DNA of 63,994 nucleotides, filler included, from Intoshia linei (GCA_001642005.1; 7 parts of 7 records of this genome joined end to end with filler, not necessarily neighbours in it); one strand, 5' to 3'. Shown: positions 48,126 through 62,099, numbered from the whole stretch's first letter. Notes: generated by a model not told the origin, from the sequence alone. Numbers and translations are program-made.

Positions 48126-48801
48126 TTCCTTTTCACGGCGCCCCTAATTTCATTCAAAAATCAGAAAATTTTTTAAATATGAAGAATTTATAATATTTTC
48201 AATTATTATAATTAAATTGATTTGTTTTTTTTGATTGACTATAATACAATATATATAAATGCATGAAATTATCTGGTTTATCAGTGAAAAATAAATTGTA
48301 AATCAATCGCATGAAATTTTATGCTATTTCTCAAAATAAATGTAAAGTAATATTGATTAACTAATAATTATAATTATAATTTTCGAATACCAAGAATATG
48401 CCGTAAATTTATCGGATCAATTTCAAAAACTAACAAATTTATATTTGAAATATTTAGTATTAATAAGATTTCTGTTTTCCAAATTATTATTAACACTATG
48501 CTTGTGCTAACATTTGAAATTTGTGAGAATTTATATATGTTCCAACTTCTGTATATGAAGTATATAACAAGCATAGTGTTAATTAATATTTTAATATTAT
48601 TAAATGAAATTGCTCATCGGTACCACTAGAAAATTTTGCGGCACACCATTTGAAAAATACTGGTTAATCCTTTCGTGGCGAATATATTTCTATATATTAA
48701 TTTTTCTAGTAAATTCTACCCACAATTGTATATAAATATACAATAATATTATAATTATACAACTTTAAACACAAATTAAGTATAATATTTCATTTTAGAA
48801 T

Positions 48802-49378
48802 ATGGGAGGATTTTTAAATTATTTCAAATGTTTGATAATCTCATGTCACGATAAATATCAGTTAATTATTAGTAATACAAACTATCGTCAATTCAAAACA
48901 TTAAAAGTATTAGATAAAATTTTGATAATATTTCATCATGTATTTGCTTATCATAATATATTATTAATATCTAATAATTGCTACGTTGAATTTTCTTATG
49001 ATCATGGTGACTCTTTTAAAAATTTAAGATTTACTAAAAATCAGTGCATAATCTAATTTTGAAACATTTCACTAATTGGGAATATCGTCAATCAGAGTTT
49101 TCAGTATGTCAATGCTTTCAGCGTTATATATTAATTATGATTGATTAACATGGATAAAGCTAATTCATGAATTGACGTACACTATGTCCACCATAAAGCT
49201 TGACACTTTTACAAATTACACTATTTTTTACGCGTTTAGTGAAAAAACTCTTTGGTTATCGTTTGATGGTATGAGATCCTTTGTAAAAGATGATATTTTT
49301 ATCAGTAAAATGGTTCAATATCAAAATGAAATTAACTATACAAAAAAAATAAATTCAAAACATTTATATTTTCTGTAG
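48802..49378 (+). pseudogene. Fragmented BNR-repeat (possibly VPS10/sortilin-like) coding sequence
   Basis: Asp-box-like motifs EFSYDHGDSF and WLSFDGMRSF in two short ORFs; the region runs toward the gap at 49493. Confidence 0.4.
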
Positions 49379-50719
49379 ATAATATTCCACATTGATTTAT
49401 CAAAAATTTTAAATATCATATTGCAAATATTATCCATTTTATAATATTCAATAATAATACAGAAAAAAATGTGTGTATAATTGAAAATACAGNNNNNNNN
49501 NNNNNNNNNNNNNNNNNNNNNNNNNNNNNNNNNNNNTTAATTAATTAANNNNNNNNNNNNNNNNNNNNNNNNNNNNNNNNNNNNNNNNNNNNGTAATATT
49601 TAAATTTTAATAATATTTTTAATTATTGTAAAAGGCTATCTACTTGTCATCATTTTGTATTGTTTTTATTTTATAGATCTAAATTCTAGAAACTAGAATT
49701 AAAATTATTTATTATAATGATTTATTACTATAAATTTAAAAAGTAATATTTAAATGTTGCATATCAAAAAGGCCTAAAGCGTAATTTAGGGACTAATACA
49801 AATGAGAGTGGTAATAATTTTTGGAAAATAATTGAATTTAATGAAATTTTTTTTCTTTTGTTAACATTACATAAATTGCATATATCGTTGTGAGAATAAT
49901 CAATTGTATAATAATTAATAATCAATGTTTATATCAAATATTGACGTATTATTTTATTATCGGACAGTTAAGAATTTTAATTCAAACATATGCTTTAAAT
50001 GTCTATATATTTTAATTTTAAAAAATGAATGCAAATAAATTGCTCAACTTAAAGATGTTGAACTGTGCTTTATGATCAATTTTTTTTATATTCTGAACAA
50101 AATTATCTAATTTCTGGTTAGATTTCATATAGAATCGGAAATATATATATAAAAATAACATTTTAATGTATTTAGGAAATAAACTTCTATAGTTTGCGAT
50201 ATTATCATTCCATAATTTATTATCGTAAATTGATATTTTTGTAAAATTAAAATATTAGATCATAATTATGATTGAATCTAATACAATATCTTGCAGAATT
50301 TTATCAAATATTAGATTAACTATTATGTATCTCGTACCATCATTATCAACAAGCGCGAACTTTTTTAATGAAATTAAAAAAGTAAATTCAATAGTAAAAT
50401 ATTATTTAATTTGTTAGTCATTATAATTTATCTCTTTAAGAAGTGTTTGCTAAACTTGTGTCTTTATTTATGTATCATATTATTATGTATAATAATAATT
50501 ATAGAAAATTATGATACAGTTGTTTAGAGAAATTACTGGTCCTACACAGTAATTATTAAATGATATATAAATAAGTCTAGTAATTATTGATTTGTTAATC
50601 ATTTAATATTAGGAAGTAAGTGATTCTTTAAATATGATTTTTCAGTGATCAATAGATTTTTTTGAAAGGATTTTCCCTACATCCCCTTTATTTTAAAACG
50701 ATTCATTTTGAAGATTTGA

Positions 50720-51290
50720 AATAACTCGCAGAAAAATATGAATTATTTTTACCATGCATATCATTAGATGAAGATCTCAAAGCAGAATATACTATATGGA
50801 AAAAAAATAACTTGATTCAATTACCACTATTATACAATTAATCGAAAGCTGCAATTACAATTTATTTCAAAATATTCATCAACTATTAATTATTTTGGCA
50901 ACATTGCCAATCACCACATGTGAATGTGAACGCTCCATGAGCATTTTTAGAAGATTGAAAACCTGTTTAAGATCAACAATGACTGGTAATCGTCTATGTG
51001 GACTGGATCTCATGAATTGCTACTATGACTATAATTTTCATATTGAAAGTTTGGTTAATAAAAAATGCAATACTTTATCCAAGGAGACTGGACTTAATTA
51101 TTTAAGATTATTTAATGAACAAAAATAATTAATTAATTAAATTGTAATCATTTTTTTTATTATTGCAAAAAAATACAAATTTGGAAACTATTGTATAACA
51201 ACCTTTAAATGAAATTAAAAGAAATGCCTTAAAAAAAGTTCTTGATATTGAAATTGCACTCCATTAACTAGTCTCTTGGATCAGCCCCTG
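50720..51290 (+). mobile_element. hAT (P52rIPK/ZMYM1-like) 3' end
   Basis: LATLPITTCECERSMSIFRRLKTCLRSTMTGNRL.GL.LM; TIR-like GGATCAGCCCCTG at ~51278-51290. Confidence 0.85.
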
Positions 51291-51608
51291 GTTAAGGTGA
51301 TCACCATATTTAAAAATCAAAAAGTATATTACCCCTTAATGATTATTGGTTATGGTGATTACTTTTCTGAAAAAATTATTCAAATTAGTTGAGTTTGGAC
51401 CGGGACACTTGACATCGAAATTTTTTCCCTAAAAAGTTTAAATTAAACTTTATTTTCATTGTAAAATGTTATATAAAATTAATGCATATAATTTAAAATT
51501 AATATTGTCGCGTAATTTTATACGCGTCATCCCTATTAAGGATAAATATAATTTTTATAATGTAATAATATTTATTATAATTTGTTAGTATATGAATAAT
51601 ATATTGTA

Positions 51609-53200
51609 CAGTCTAAGTTCTATTTAACGGAATTCATAATTATCGGAATTCCTATTTAACGGAATTTCAAAATTTTGACAAACCAAAAATTTCGTTAACT
51701 AAAATTTTACTCTTAAATTATGTTTTCTTATATAATAAATTCAATTATGCCATTACGTAATTTAAAATATAAATCAATTTCAACTTCATTTATATTGATA
51801 TTTTTAATAATAAATCATTTGTCAAAATGACGAAAAATTTAAAAAGAAAAAAACTATCTTTAGATTTCAAAATGAAAAATGTAGATGATCTTAAAAATTA
51901 CAAACAAACTTTTATTCATGATAAATATAATTTATCATCTTCTACAGTCTGTGACATTAACAAAAACAAAGAAACTATTGTTCTATTATATAATAATAAT
52001 TTATGCACTGAATTTAAAAACAATAATGTGAAAATACCCAGGAAGAAATCTAAAAATTTTGACCATTTATTAATAGAAAAATTATCAAAATAAAGAAAAA
52101 ACAGCATTTCGATAAGTGGAATAATTATAAAAGAAAAAGCGTTACTATTGAAGAATGATGAATCATTTAAAGCGAGCGATGGTTGGCTTAGGTCATTTAA
52201 AAAACGTAATAACATCAAGTATAAGTCATTGTCGGGAACAAATTAGGAAATTAGTCAAAATGATATTGATACATTTGTAACGAAATTGAACAATAAATTA
52301 ATGGAATATGATTTAAGAAATTGTTTTAATACTGATAAGACGGCATTATTCTATAAGAAATTACCAACTAAAAGTTATATTGTAACAACTAAGGACCTTA
52401 TGAGGAAAATATAAGACAATAAAGAGAGAATAACAGTTTTATTGTGCTGTAGTACGATCAGCGAAAAAATATAACCATTATTTATTGGCAAAAGTGATAA
52501 CCATCGATGTTTTCGTAAAACAAATATTAAGCATCAATTTTTTTTATATAAGTAGTCAAAGGGCATGAATGACTAAGAAAATATTTACAGAGTATATAAA
52601 TATTATAAATAGGAAATTTCATGAACTTTCTCGAAAAATTTTACTTTTGATATTCAAGCGACTTGTCATTATAAAATTAATTTATTTAACATTGAAATCA
52701 TGTTTCTTCCTGCTAATACTATATCGAATTTACAGCCATGCGACCAAATAATAATTTGTTTATATAAATGTATCTACCAACAAATTTTTATCCGAAATAT
52801 TATTAACAAAGAAAATTGTTAATAAAAGATATACAAGGCAATCAATACTAGATGGCATTTTTTATTCTGTGGAAGCTTGGAATAGAGTTAGTGTCACAAC
52901 AATAACAAATTGTTCAAAGAATATAAACTTTTGCTATAAACGGTTCAAATGATCTATTTGACGATATTACTATTGAAGAAATTATTTTGATAGAACAATT
53001 AGTCTAATTAAAATCTTACAATTATGACTTTTTGGAATTATCTGAATTATAAATTGGAGAGCAGAATAATTATAATTGTAAAGAATTAGAAGAGTTAACA
53101 GTAAATGAAATCAAATGTTTAATTTTTAAACTTCTAGGATTGATTGTATTTTTAAAAAAAAGTTTAATTTTTATTTTTAAAACTGTTCGTCTCATTCTTT
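51609..53200 (+). mobile_element. Degenerate pogo/Tigger transposon (CENP-B HTH plus DDE_1)
   Basis: TA|CAGTCTAAG TIR; KRKKLSLDFK, ISGIIIKEKA, FKASDGWLRSFKKRNNI, FNTDKTALFYK.LP, KERITVLLC, PANTISNLQPCDQII; many stops. Confidence 0.9.
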
Positions 53201-53787
53201 CTCAATTAAATGACTACAAACAGACATTTAGTTTTCTCTAAATTAAAATAATTATTAAATACGAAATAAAAAAATTTTTTGTTCATATTTTTATTATTTA
53301 TTATTGGCTCGTTATTATTTTATACATCTAAATTCTAGAAACTAGAATTTAAATTATTTATTATAATGATTTATGATTATAAATTTAGGAAGTAATATTT
53401 AAATTTTAATAATATTTTTAATTATTTTAAAAGGCTATCTAATTGTCATCATTTTGTATTTGAATTTTTACACTGTTTTGAGAAAATACAAAATTAAGTC
53501 AAAAGTATAAAGGATTAATAAAACACCATAAATAAATCTGATTAGATTTCGTATTGAACTAAAAATATGAATATAAAATTAACATTTCGGTTCACAATTA
53601 AACTTTTTAATGTATTTAGGAAATACACTTCTGTTCAACAAATGTTAGACAAACTCAGTGCAACTTTCGTTATACGTAAGTGAAGTAGTATAGATCTCTT
53701 TAAAAAAAAATTATTCATTTGAAGTTTTTGAATTGAATTTTAAACAGAATTTGAATTTAAATTTCCAAATTGAACTAGTCGTGGCCA

Positions 53788-54003
53788 CAGTAGCGGATCT
53801 AGGTGGGTGCAGGGCGGTCACCACACCCCTGGCGTGACAAATGTGCCCTAATATAATTATATAAATAAGATAAATATAACCAAAGATAGATAAAGAAACA
53901 TATTAATAAACATAATATAAAAATTTACATTTAAATAAATTATATGAGTTTAGCCCCTAATAATTATTTTGCCCCCTGCCTGAAAATCCTAGATCCGCCA
54001 CTG
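53788..54003. mobile_element. 216-bp hAT MITE
   Basis: TIR CAGTAGCGGATCTAGG / CCTAGATCCGCCACTG; TSD CGTGGCCA/CGTGGCCG. Confidence 0.85.
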
Positions 54004-55959
54004 CGTGGCCGGCGTTGTGTACAACATTAATAATAATTTAACTGAAGTTTTACCAAAATAAAAATAATATTTGCATAATTATAACTGTTGTTGACCCTTA
54101 GACATTTTTATTGTTTTTTAACAGTAAATAAACTAAACATAAATATTAAAAATAGTCTGATATTTAATTTCAAGTTAAAGTTTCGTTTTGTTAACTTTAT
54201 AGTTGTTTTTAATGAGAATCTGTAGAGTGTATAAGACTTATGTCGCGCACTGTAATAATTTACTAAATTTTTACCAAAACTAAAATATAAATGTAATATA
54301 ATTTTACAAAAATTTAATTTTGTTTAAAAAAAAAGATTACATTTAATTTATCAAAAAGTTAAATTTTTATCATCTATTTAGATACTTATTGAAAAATATA
54401 CCATAATTTCAAGCTAAATTATTACATTTGTGTACATAATTAAATATTTGAAAAATTAATAGTGCTTCTAAATACTTAATAAATCTTCTCAAATACCTCG
54501 GATTTCAAGGTTCGGATGGAAAAAGTTTAATAATTAAAAATGGTTCATAACTCTTTGACAGTACGCATAACATTGTATTGTGAACCTTTCAACTAGAGAT
54601 GGGAAAGTGCGGCCTTCTGAACAATTCGAATTAATTTTAAAATAATAATTTTTGGTAAAATAAAATACAACAAAACAAACATAAATTCATACACAAATTA
54701 CAATACATTAGGGCATGGGTTCTTAACCTGTTTTATTTGGCAAACCTTAATTCAATAAAATTCGATTTGGCACTCCTTTGATATCTTCGGAAATATGCAA
54801 ATGAAATTTAATATTATTTTTTTAATTTGATGGATCATGAAAATAATATATACAAAAAATACAATAAAAACTGAGTATGTAAAAAAGAAAAATATATTAT
54901 AATTAGGGCGGTTTTTTTTAACCTATAAAATAAAAAAATTGTAACTTATGAAAAAAAATTATGTAACTTTATTAATCTATAAAAATTTTCTAATTACAAA
55001 ATATAAACTTCCAATATGCAAATGTAAATTTTCATTTTGCAATATATTTTTTTTCAAATTGATATCTTTTCTGATCGACTTTTAGGAAATTTTGGCATTC
55101 TAGTAATAATACTATATCAATCTATGTCATATAAATAATATAAAATTTAAATGACTTGTTAAATCGCAAGTGAATGTAAATAATTTTTGATATAACCATA
55201 TTTATATTTTTCATGCCTATAAACATAACAAAAATTAACTTTATTAACTTTTGGCCAAACTACTTATAATGAATAAATGTAACAAATTTGAAATGAGAAA
55301 TATTAAATGGAATCATGAAATCATAAATGTTTAAGCTTTACAAAGAAAAAATAAAATTTATTATTAATGGCTACCCTGATAATGATTATTTGATAATTTT
55401 TCAATATCAGGAGCGATATTTGTTAAGTATAATCTTAAGTCATCCCGTTTTGATAAATGTAGTTTATTCCTTTTTTTTGATTCATTTCAAAATAATATTT
55501 AAACTTTTATAAAAATAAACATGTTTACTCTATTTTAACCTTTTTATTTTAATTTTCCATGATTTTTAGTAGTTTTGTCATAAAAAATTATTAATCTAAT
55601 CATTAGATTCTAATGCTATAAGGTTTGTTTTTCCAATCGACTTTGTTAAAATATTTTAAATGAGTTCAATAAGATGATCAATGATCATTAACGATTAGTT
55701 ATATATTATTAGGGTCTTAAATACTTTACAGATTAAGTCTTAATCTGAAAGATTAATAAAAAATAACTTATTGTACTATTTCCTTATTATCTACTTAACT
55801 ATACATTAGAGTGTTAACTTTTTTATCGATTTTTAGAAATTAATAAAATACATCCCCGTACATGAGAAATGCCTTCTAAATTAACACCATAATTTTTGTT
55901 TCACATATAATGACAAAAACACAGGCCCACTTTTACATTTAAATAATACCCTTTTGCAA

Positions 55960-56830
55960 TTTGAGCTAATGTTTATTAATTATATCTATGGTATCTGTAA
56001 CTAACTCATCGTCAATGTACTTAAGTGACGCCCTATCTCGTAACACTTGGACTCGATGAATGGCTCGTTCGGGGACCTCATTGGTCATGGCTACATTTAA
56101 AGGAGGAATTGAAGTATAAGCGTGTCTTTTCAAAAAGCATAAGCAACAATTACACCTTTGTGGCAAAATACAAGATGGAACTCCTGTCACGGCTGAATAG
56201 AGGGACTGTTGTTATGAAGCAATGTTTTCGTATACGGTAGCATTCAACCAACAATGAACGAATGTGTCTGCAATAAATGTTCAACACTCTTCCAACCCCG
56301 TTTGATAAATACCTATTGTATAATAAATTATAATAATTACCTAAAATCCATGCTTGCAACGCTTTTATAGCTCTCGAATTCCATCGAGCATTGCTTAATG
56401 ATCTCAATTTAAGCTACTTAGCTTTAGGCCAATCTCCAGTTTGCATAATTTTATATGCTGATGATAGATGTTCAAATTCAGAATAGTCATCACGAACCCA
56501 ATGGGATGTTTTAGTAACACATTGACAGTCATGAGACATTTCTGAATATGATTTGGTTAATTCATCATAATTTGAATGTAATTCATCTATAAGTTTATGT
56601 TTTTAAAAGATTAAATATATATGCTTACTTATGAATTCATAACCGATGTTCGGAGATTTGTTCATGCTTCCTAATTTCGCATCCACGTATAGCCGTAATA
56701 ATCGATCTAGTATGTGTCGCTGACATTCAAAATATAGAATACTTCCAATAACATTTTTTTCTAATAGATAGATATTTTGTAGATATGCAACTCCAATTGG
56801 TAATCCTGTTTTCGAATTCAAAGCATACTA
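55960..56830 (-). mobile_element. Degenerate DDE transposase of the hAT/P-related CxxH type
   Basis: YFECQRHILDRLLR, SLSNARWNSRAIKAL and VAMTNEVPERAI in broken frames. Confidence 0.55.
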
Positions 56831-56969
56831 CTTGCATTTCCATTCCATCCACCCGCTTTCCGTCAAAATNNNNNNNNNNNNNNNNNNNNNNNNNNNNNNN
56901 NNNNNNNNNNNNNTTAATTAATTAANNNNNNNNNNNNNNNNNNNNNNNNNNNNNNNNNNNNNNNNNNNN

Positions 56970-58264
56970 AAACGTTTATGTCCATCCTTTTTATTGACAA
57001 AGAAACAGCTCGAACGATAAGAATTTTGACTTGGTTCTATTATATTTTGCTCGACCATACTTTTAATCACAGATTCATCTTGATTTCGATGATTAAATGG
57101 AACTAAATAATGAGGTGATTGAACTACACTTCCTTCTTTCAGGTTAATGCTGTGTTCTCCAATATTCGTACGCCCCGGGTTATTTGAAAATACCACTTCA
57201 AATTTTTTTACAATCTCTAAGAACGCCGTAGAACAATATTTTAAATTTTCTAACACAATGGCATTACATTTAAAAATTGGATTTGGTTTCATCTGCAGCA
57301 AGTAGTTCATGACAAATTCTCGTCTTAAAATATTGTCTGTATTAATAACATAAAATTTTGTTATATTCTTATTAATTAGAATATTAATAACTCCATAAAC
57401 ATAGATAGTTGAACCTTGAGCCGATTTTAAAATATCATTAACTGGTACCATCTTTGTAATAAGATTACAAAATTTTAATTTTTTATAACTAATGCAATTT
57501 ACATCTGAACCAGTATCCAATATAAATTTAAAATTAACCTGATTGTCTTCTTCACCTATATCTATATTTTGACATAATAATTCATTGGATTTATTCACTG
57601 ATCTGACCGCCTTACCGGAATTATTCCTTTGAAATTGAGAATTATTTGATTGTGAGGTAGTAGAACATTTATTTGCCATATGGACTGTCTGATGACATTT
57701 ATAGCAGGTTACCGACCCGCGTCGTTCCTAATTCAAATTATTCCGTTCGATCTGAGAATTTCGCACAGAATCCCACTGAGAGAAAATACTGATACATTTA
57801 TCCAGAGCTAAATGGTCATACATTTTAATTTCTTCAACTGCCCGACGATTTTTTATACCACGTACCAATTGATCACGTATTTTCTCTTTTCTATCAACGA
57901 ATTTACAATAAGTAGTCAAATTGTTTAATCTATCGATATATGCCTCTATTGTTTCATTGCTACCTTGAAATGTATTTGTAAATTTGTCTCTCTTATCGGA
58001 AACATTTAATTTATGCCACGACAAAACTTTTTTCTTCATTAATACATACGATTCCGTGACATCCGAATTTTCAGAACGTTTCTCAGCAATTTCTCCATTC
58101 AACAATTTTAATAATGTACATTTCTTTTTATCAGTAATTTTTTGATCATCTGGCATTGTTAATACTAAAATATTTTCAAATCGTTGAATCCATACATGCG
58201 GATCGCTAGTGTATTTTCCATCCTCCGATATTAAAGGTTTTAACTTTGGAATTAATTTTTCCAT
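56970..58264 (-). mobile_element. Ty3/Gypsy gag-protease-RT 5' portion, truncated by the gap
   Basis: Gag Q..NETIEAYIDRL..L...CKF...IRDQLVRGI; zinc knuckle CYKCHQTVHMANKC; protease ILDTGSDVNCI; RT start PGRTNIGEHSINL...IIEPS...FFVNKKDG. Confidence 0.9.
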
Positions 58265-59430
58265 TATTATTTATATTAAATTTGTAAAGTAAATCTTCAT
58301 AGTGATCAATGTCATCACTACATTCACAATCTCCAATAAAGAAATATGTATATCTCTTCATAGCTATATTTAATAATTTTAATTTTTAAAATAATCCTTA
58401 CATCGCTAAACATCTTAATTAGCGGAATTCCTAAATTTTTGAGTTCCAAAAATTCCGTTAAATAAGACTTAGACTGTACTATATATTACAAAATTAAAAC
58501 TGAACTTTGTTTTAATGGAAATTGGCGTGAGTTTTTAAACGTGATACTGACTTCATAATACTGTTCTCCATGTTTAGTTATACAGTTTATTTTTTAAAAT
58601 TTGTTTCTAGCTCAATTTTTTTAGATTTTATTTTTTGTTTGAATACAATTTAAATAATGTAAATAGCCAGAATTCGAGAAATTCAATCGTTAAACAAAAT
58701 TTGACATGAACTTAACTTCATTCACATTTAAAAAATATAGCTTTAAAATAATTTTATTAAAAAATTTTTTGCCACCCCCTTGGTTCCGGCATCCAGGTTA
58801 AGAACCTAGTACCACGACCTAGTACAGTGATGGCAAAAATATGACACGCAACTAAAAAAGAAAACAGCAAAAAAAATTTTTTGACACACCAACTGAAAAG
58901 TCTTGTCATCACTGCCCTAGTGCAACTAATATTCAAATTATTAAAAATACTGAGTAATAATTTACAAAAACGAACCATAATCACGATGATAGCGAATAAA
59001 ATATTCGTGTTCAAAATACACAAATAGAGGTTTTTAAAAAAACTTTCTCAAACAATAAAATCCAAAAAAATATAAATTATCCCAAAAAACCTTACAATTA
59101 TCACAGAATTTGTAAATATAAAAAGTGTAATTAAAAACATAAAAAAGTGTAATTCAAACGCATAATAACAGTATATAAAATCAAATTACAATCATCAAAA
59201 GAACGCAAAGTCGACATAATATTGTCTGGAAAATTTTAAATTATTTTAAAAATTTTAAAAACACTCGACTATGAAAATTGTTCAAATTTCTAAAAAATAC
59301 TTGTAATCTACACTTTTGAATATTCACGCAACAAGTATATATTCAAACTGACAACAAACCAATCTACATGCTCTAACATGGTTATTTTGTTTAAAATATT
59401 TGCGCCAAATCCTAAATAAAGTTAGCAGTA

Positions 59431-59951
59431 ATGGAAGACGTTGATACTCTTTTGTATAATTTAGAAAACGATCCAGATGACTTGAATAATATGGATGAAA
59501 TTGTAAATATAAATAACATTTTGAACATGACAAACACATTACAAGGAACTAGAGATTCAAAAATATTATCTCTTGCATTTCACAATGATGATTTTTATTT
59601 GCCACCATTGGTTTGTTTAATTTTTCAGTTTTTACATTCAAACGCCTTCAATTTAAAATTAAATTAAAATTTAGTTGACGGAAAAAGAAAGAAAAGAATT
59701 ACAACAATACAAAAAAATGGCTATAGATTTAGAAAAAACTCAAAAAATCAATTTTATTCAAAATAATAAATTCAAGAGTAAAATACCCATTAGAAAAACA
59801 CCAATCACCATTAAACAAATTGATTCAGATTTGGATTCTTTTTCTGATACCACATACGTTGCAATTGATAAATGTTCATCAATTCAAAGTGTTGATGATT
59901 TAGATGCAATTGAAAAGAACATTGAGTTAAATATGAAATGTAATGATACAT
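59431..59951 (+). CDS. Possible CP110 (centriolar coiled-coil protein)-like N-terminus; exons 59431-59610 and 59675 to the gap
   Basis: Spliced SLAFHNDDFYLPPL|LTEKERKELQQYKKMAIDLE resembles the recalled CP110 N-terminal IRFHG.AILSPLL..EKRKEMQQ.KQKALDVE. Confidence 0.5.
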
Positions 59952-60051
59952 NNNNNNNNNNNNNNNNNNNNNNNNNNNNNNNNNNNNNNNNNNNNTTAAT
60001 TAATTAANNNNNNNNNNNNNNNNNNNNNNNNNNNNNNNNNNNNNNNNNNNN

Positions 60052-60879
60052 TACATTTTCAATTTTTGATTTTAATCGAAATATTTGAAAAATATTGGTT
60101 GATATATATATTAAAAATTATTTTTCACCGGGAATGCGTAGATTTCTGGGGTTGAAACTTTTGTATTTATATCAACTGGAATAAGCTCTACAGAAAAATT
60201 TTTTTTTAAATTTTCGGACCGTTAATTATTTCATATTTTTTTTTTTTAAAATATTTCGAAAAAAAAATATATGAATACTAAAATGCTTTTTTGACTGTAA
60301 AATCGTCACTTATTCGGATTGAAATTTTTTATGTGTGTTAACATGATACAACTCTACCTACCTGTAAATTTTTTGAAATTCTAGGGCTGTTTTCATAAAA
60401 AAAGAAGGGTAATTTATAAATTTTTTGAATTTCTAGGGCTGTTTTCAAAAAAAAGGAAGTGAATTTGGGGTTTTGGCTCTGAAGATATAATTTTTTTAAA
60501 TTTAAATTTATGATAATGTTTATGATTTTAAAATCCGTATCAGCGTATATATTTTTTTAAATTCTCGAACTCGTTTGATTTTCAAAAAAAAGACAATTGG
60601 GATATATATTTTTTTAAATTCTCCAACTCGTTTGATTTTCAAAAAGAGGGACAATTTTTTAAATTCTCCAACTCGTTTGATTTTCAAAAGGAGGGACAAC
60701 TGGGTTTTTTGATCCTTAAGATGTAAAATTGGGAGGTTGAAATTTATCTTAATATACGTCCCGAAAAAAACTGTAATTAAAATGTAGTCTTTAAAAAATT
60801 CTAAGACGGGTAGTTATTTAAATAAAGCTGAACACACACACACAAACAAAAATCGCGTAGCAGTTTATATAAGTTAGGA
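60052..60879 (-). mobile_element. 5' half of the Helitron family with internal tandem duplications
   Basis: On the minus strand begins A|TCCTAACTTATATAA. The unit AAATTCTC.AACTCGTTTGATTTTCAAAA is repeated three times at ~60555-60700. Confidence 0.75.
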
Positions 60880-60887
60880 TTTACTCG

Positions 60888-61592
60888 CAGAGCCGTCTTA
60901 AGCCACTTCGGGCCCTTTAAAATTTGAGCAAAGCGATAAAAAAAATTGGGACCCTGTTTAGAAAACAGGGAATACTGTTTGTTGGAGACTTAAAATCTTA
61001 TTTCATTGAGTATTAATAAAAGCATTAAAAGATATTACGTAGGTTTCTAGTAACTTATTTTTTTACAAAAACCTACTTACATTAATTAATGACCAAAGTT
61101 TACTTTTTCATTTGAATACTACTTTCTTTTTTGAATATTTACTTTTTAGTAAGGTTGTAAACCTCATTTGAAATAGTTTTTTTGTCAATATTTTTTTCAA
61201 TTCTGTATTATCCAATTATCATGAAAATTTGATTATATAAACTTATTTATAAAAAGTTTATATTATAAACAGTTGAAAATGAATAAAATCGAAGATTTCT
61301 TTCTTTCTTTTTTGAATATTCACTTTAATACAATTGTTTTAATGTTTAATATTATCATTTGAAACAGTTTTTATGTCAATATTATATAATGAACATTGTA
61401 GAATATATTTTAAATCGAATAATTACCAGAACTTTGATTCTTTAAACTATTTTCTTTCTAGCTATTTGAATTCAAAACTTATAAACTGATTCTTAAGATA
61501 TAAATGTAAAGTACTTTTATTAATTTGGGGGCTTTTTTTAATGAGGGGCCCTGGGCTACAGCCCATATTGCCCATGCCTTAAAACGGCTCTG
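60888..61592. mobile_element. hAT MITE (~705 bp)
   Basis: TIR CAGAGCCGTCTTAAG / CTTAAAACGGCTCTG; TSD TTTACTCG/TTTACACG. Confidence 0.8.
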
Positions 61593-62099
61593 TTTACACG
61601 GCACTAATTTTAATGTTAATGGAACATTTTATTATACTATAATTTTCCTACATTACCTATTAATAAATTTAAAAAGTAGGCCCCATATGATTGTAGGCCG
61701 GGCCATATGGCCTCGTAGCCTCCCATCTCCACGGTCCTGGGCACAGTTGTATCCTGTTAACACACAAAAAATTTCAATCTGAATAAGTGACGCCATCACG
61801 GTCAAAAAAGCACTTTAGTATTCACATTTTTGTTTACCGAAATATTTTAACAAAAAATGTGAAATGACCGGTTCGTGGTGAAACAACGGAACAAATTACA
61901 TATAGGATTGATAATAGCGAATAATATCAGTTTTAAGTAAGATTTTATTATTTAAATTATTATTTTGATACAATTAAAAAAGTCCATGTCGACAGAGCTA
62001 GGTGATGTTTGTACGTAGTACATAACAGTCAACCCAGTCTCGAATTAATTAAAATTTAAGTAAGTAATTTATAACGTTTCATTGTTAGCATCATAAAAA

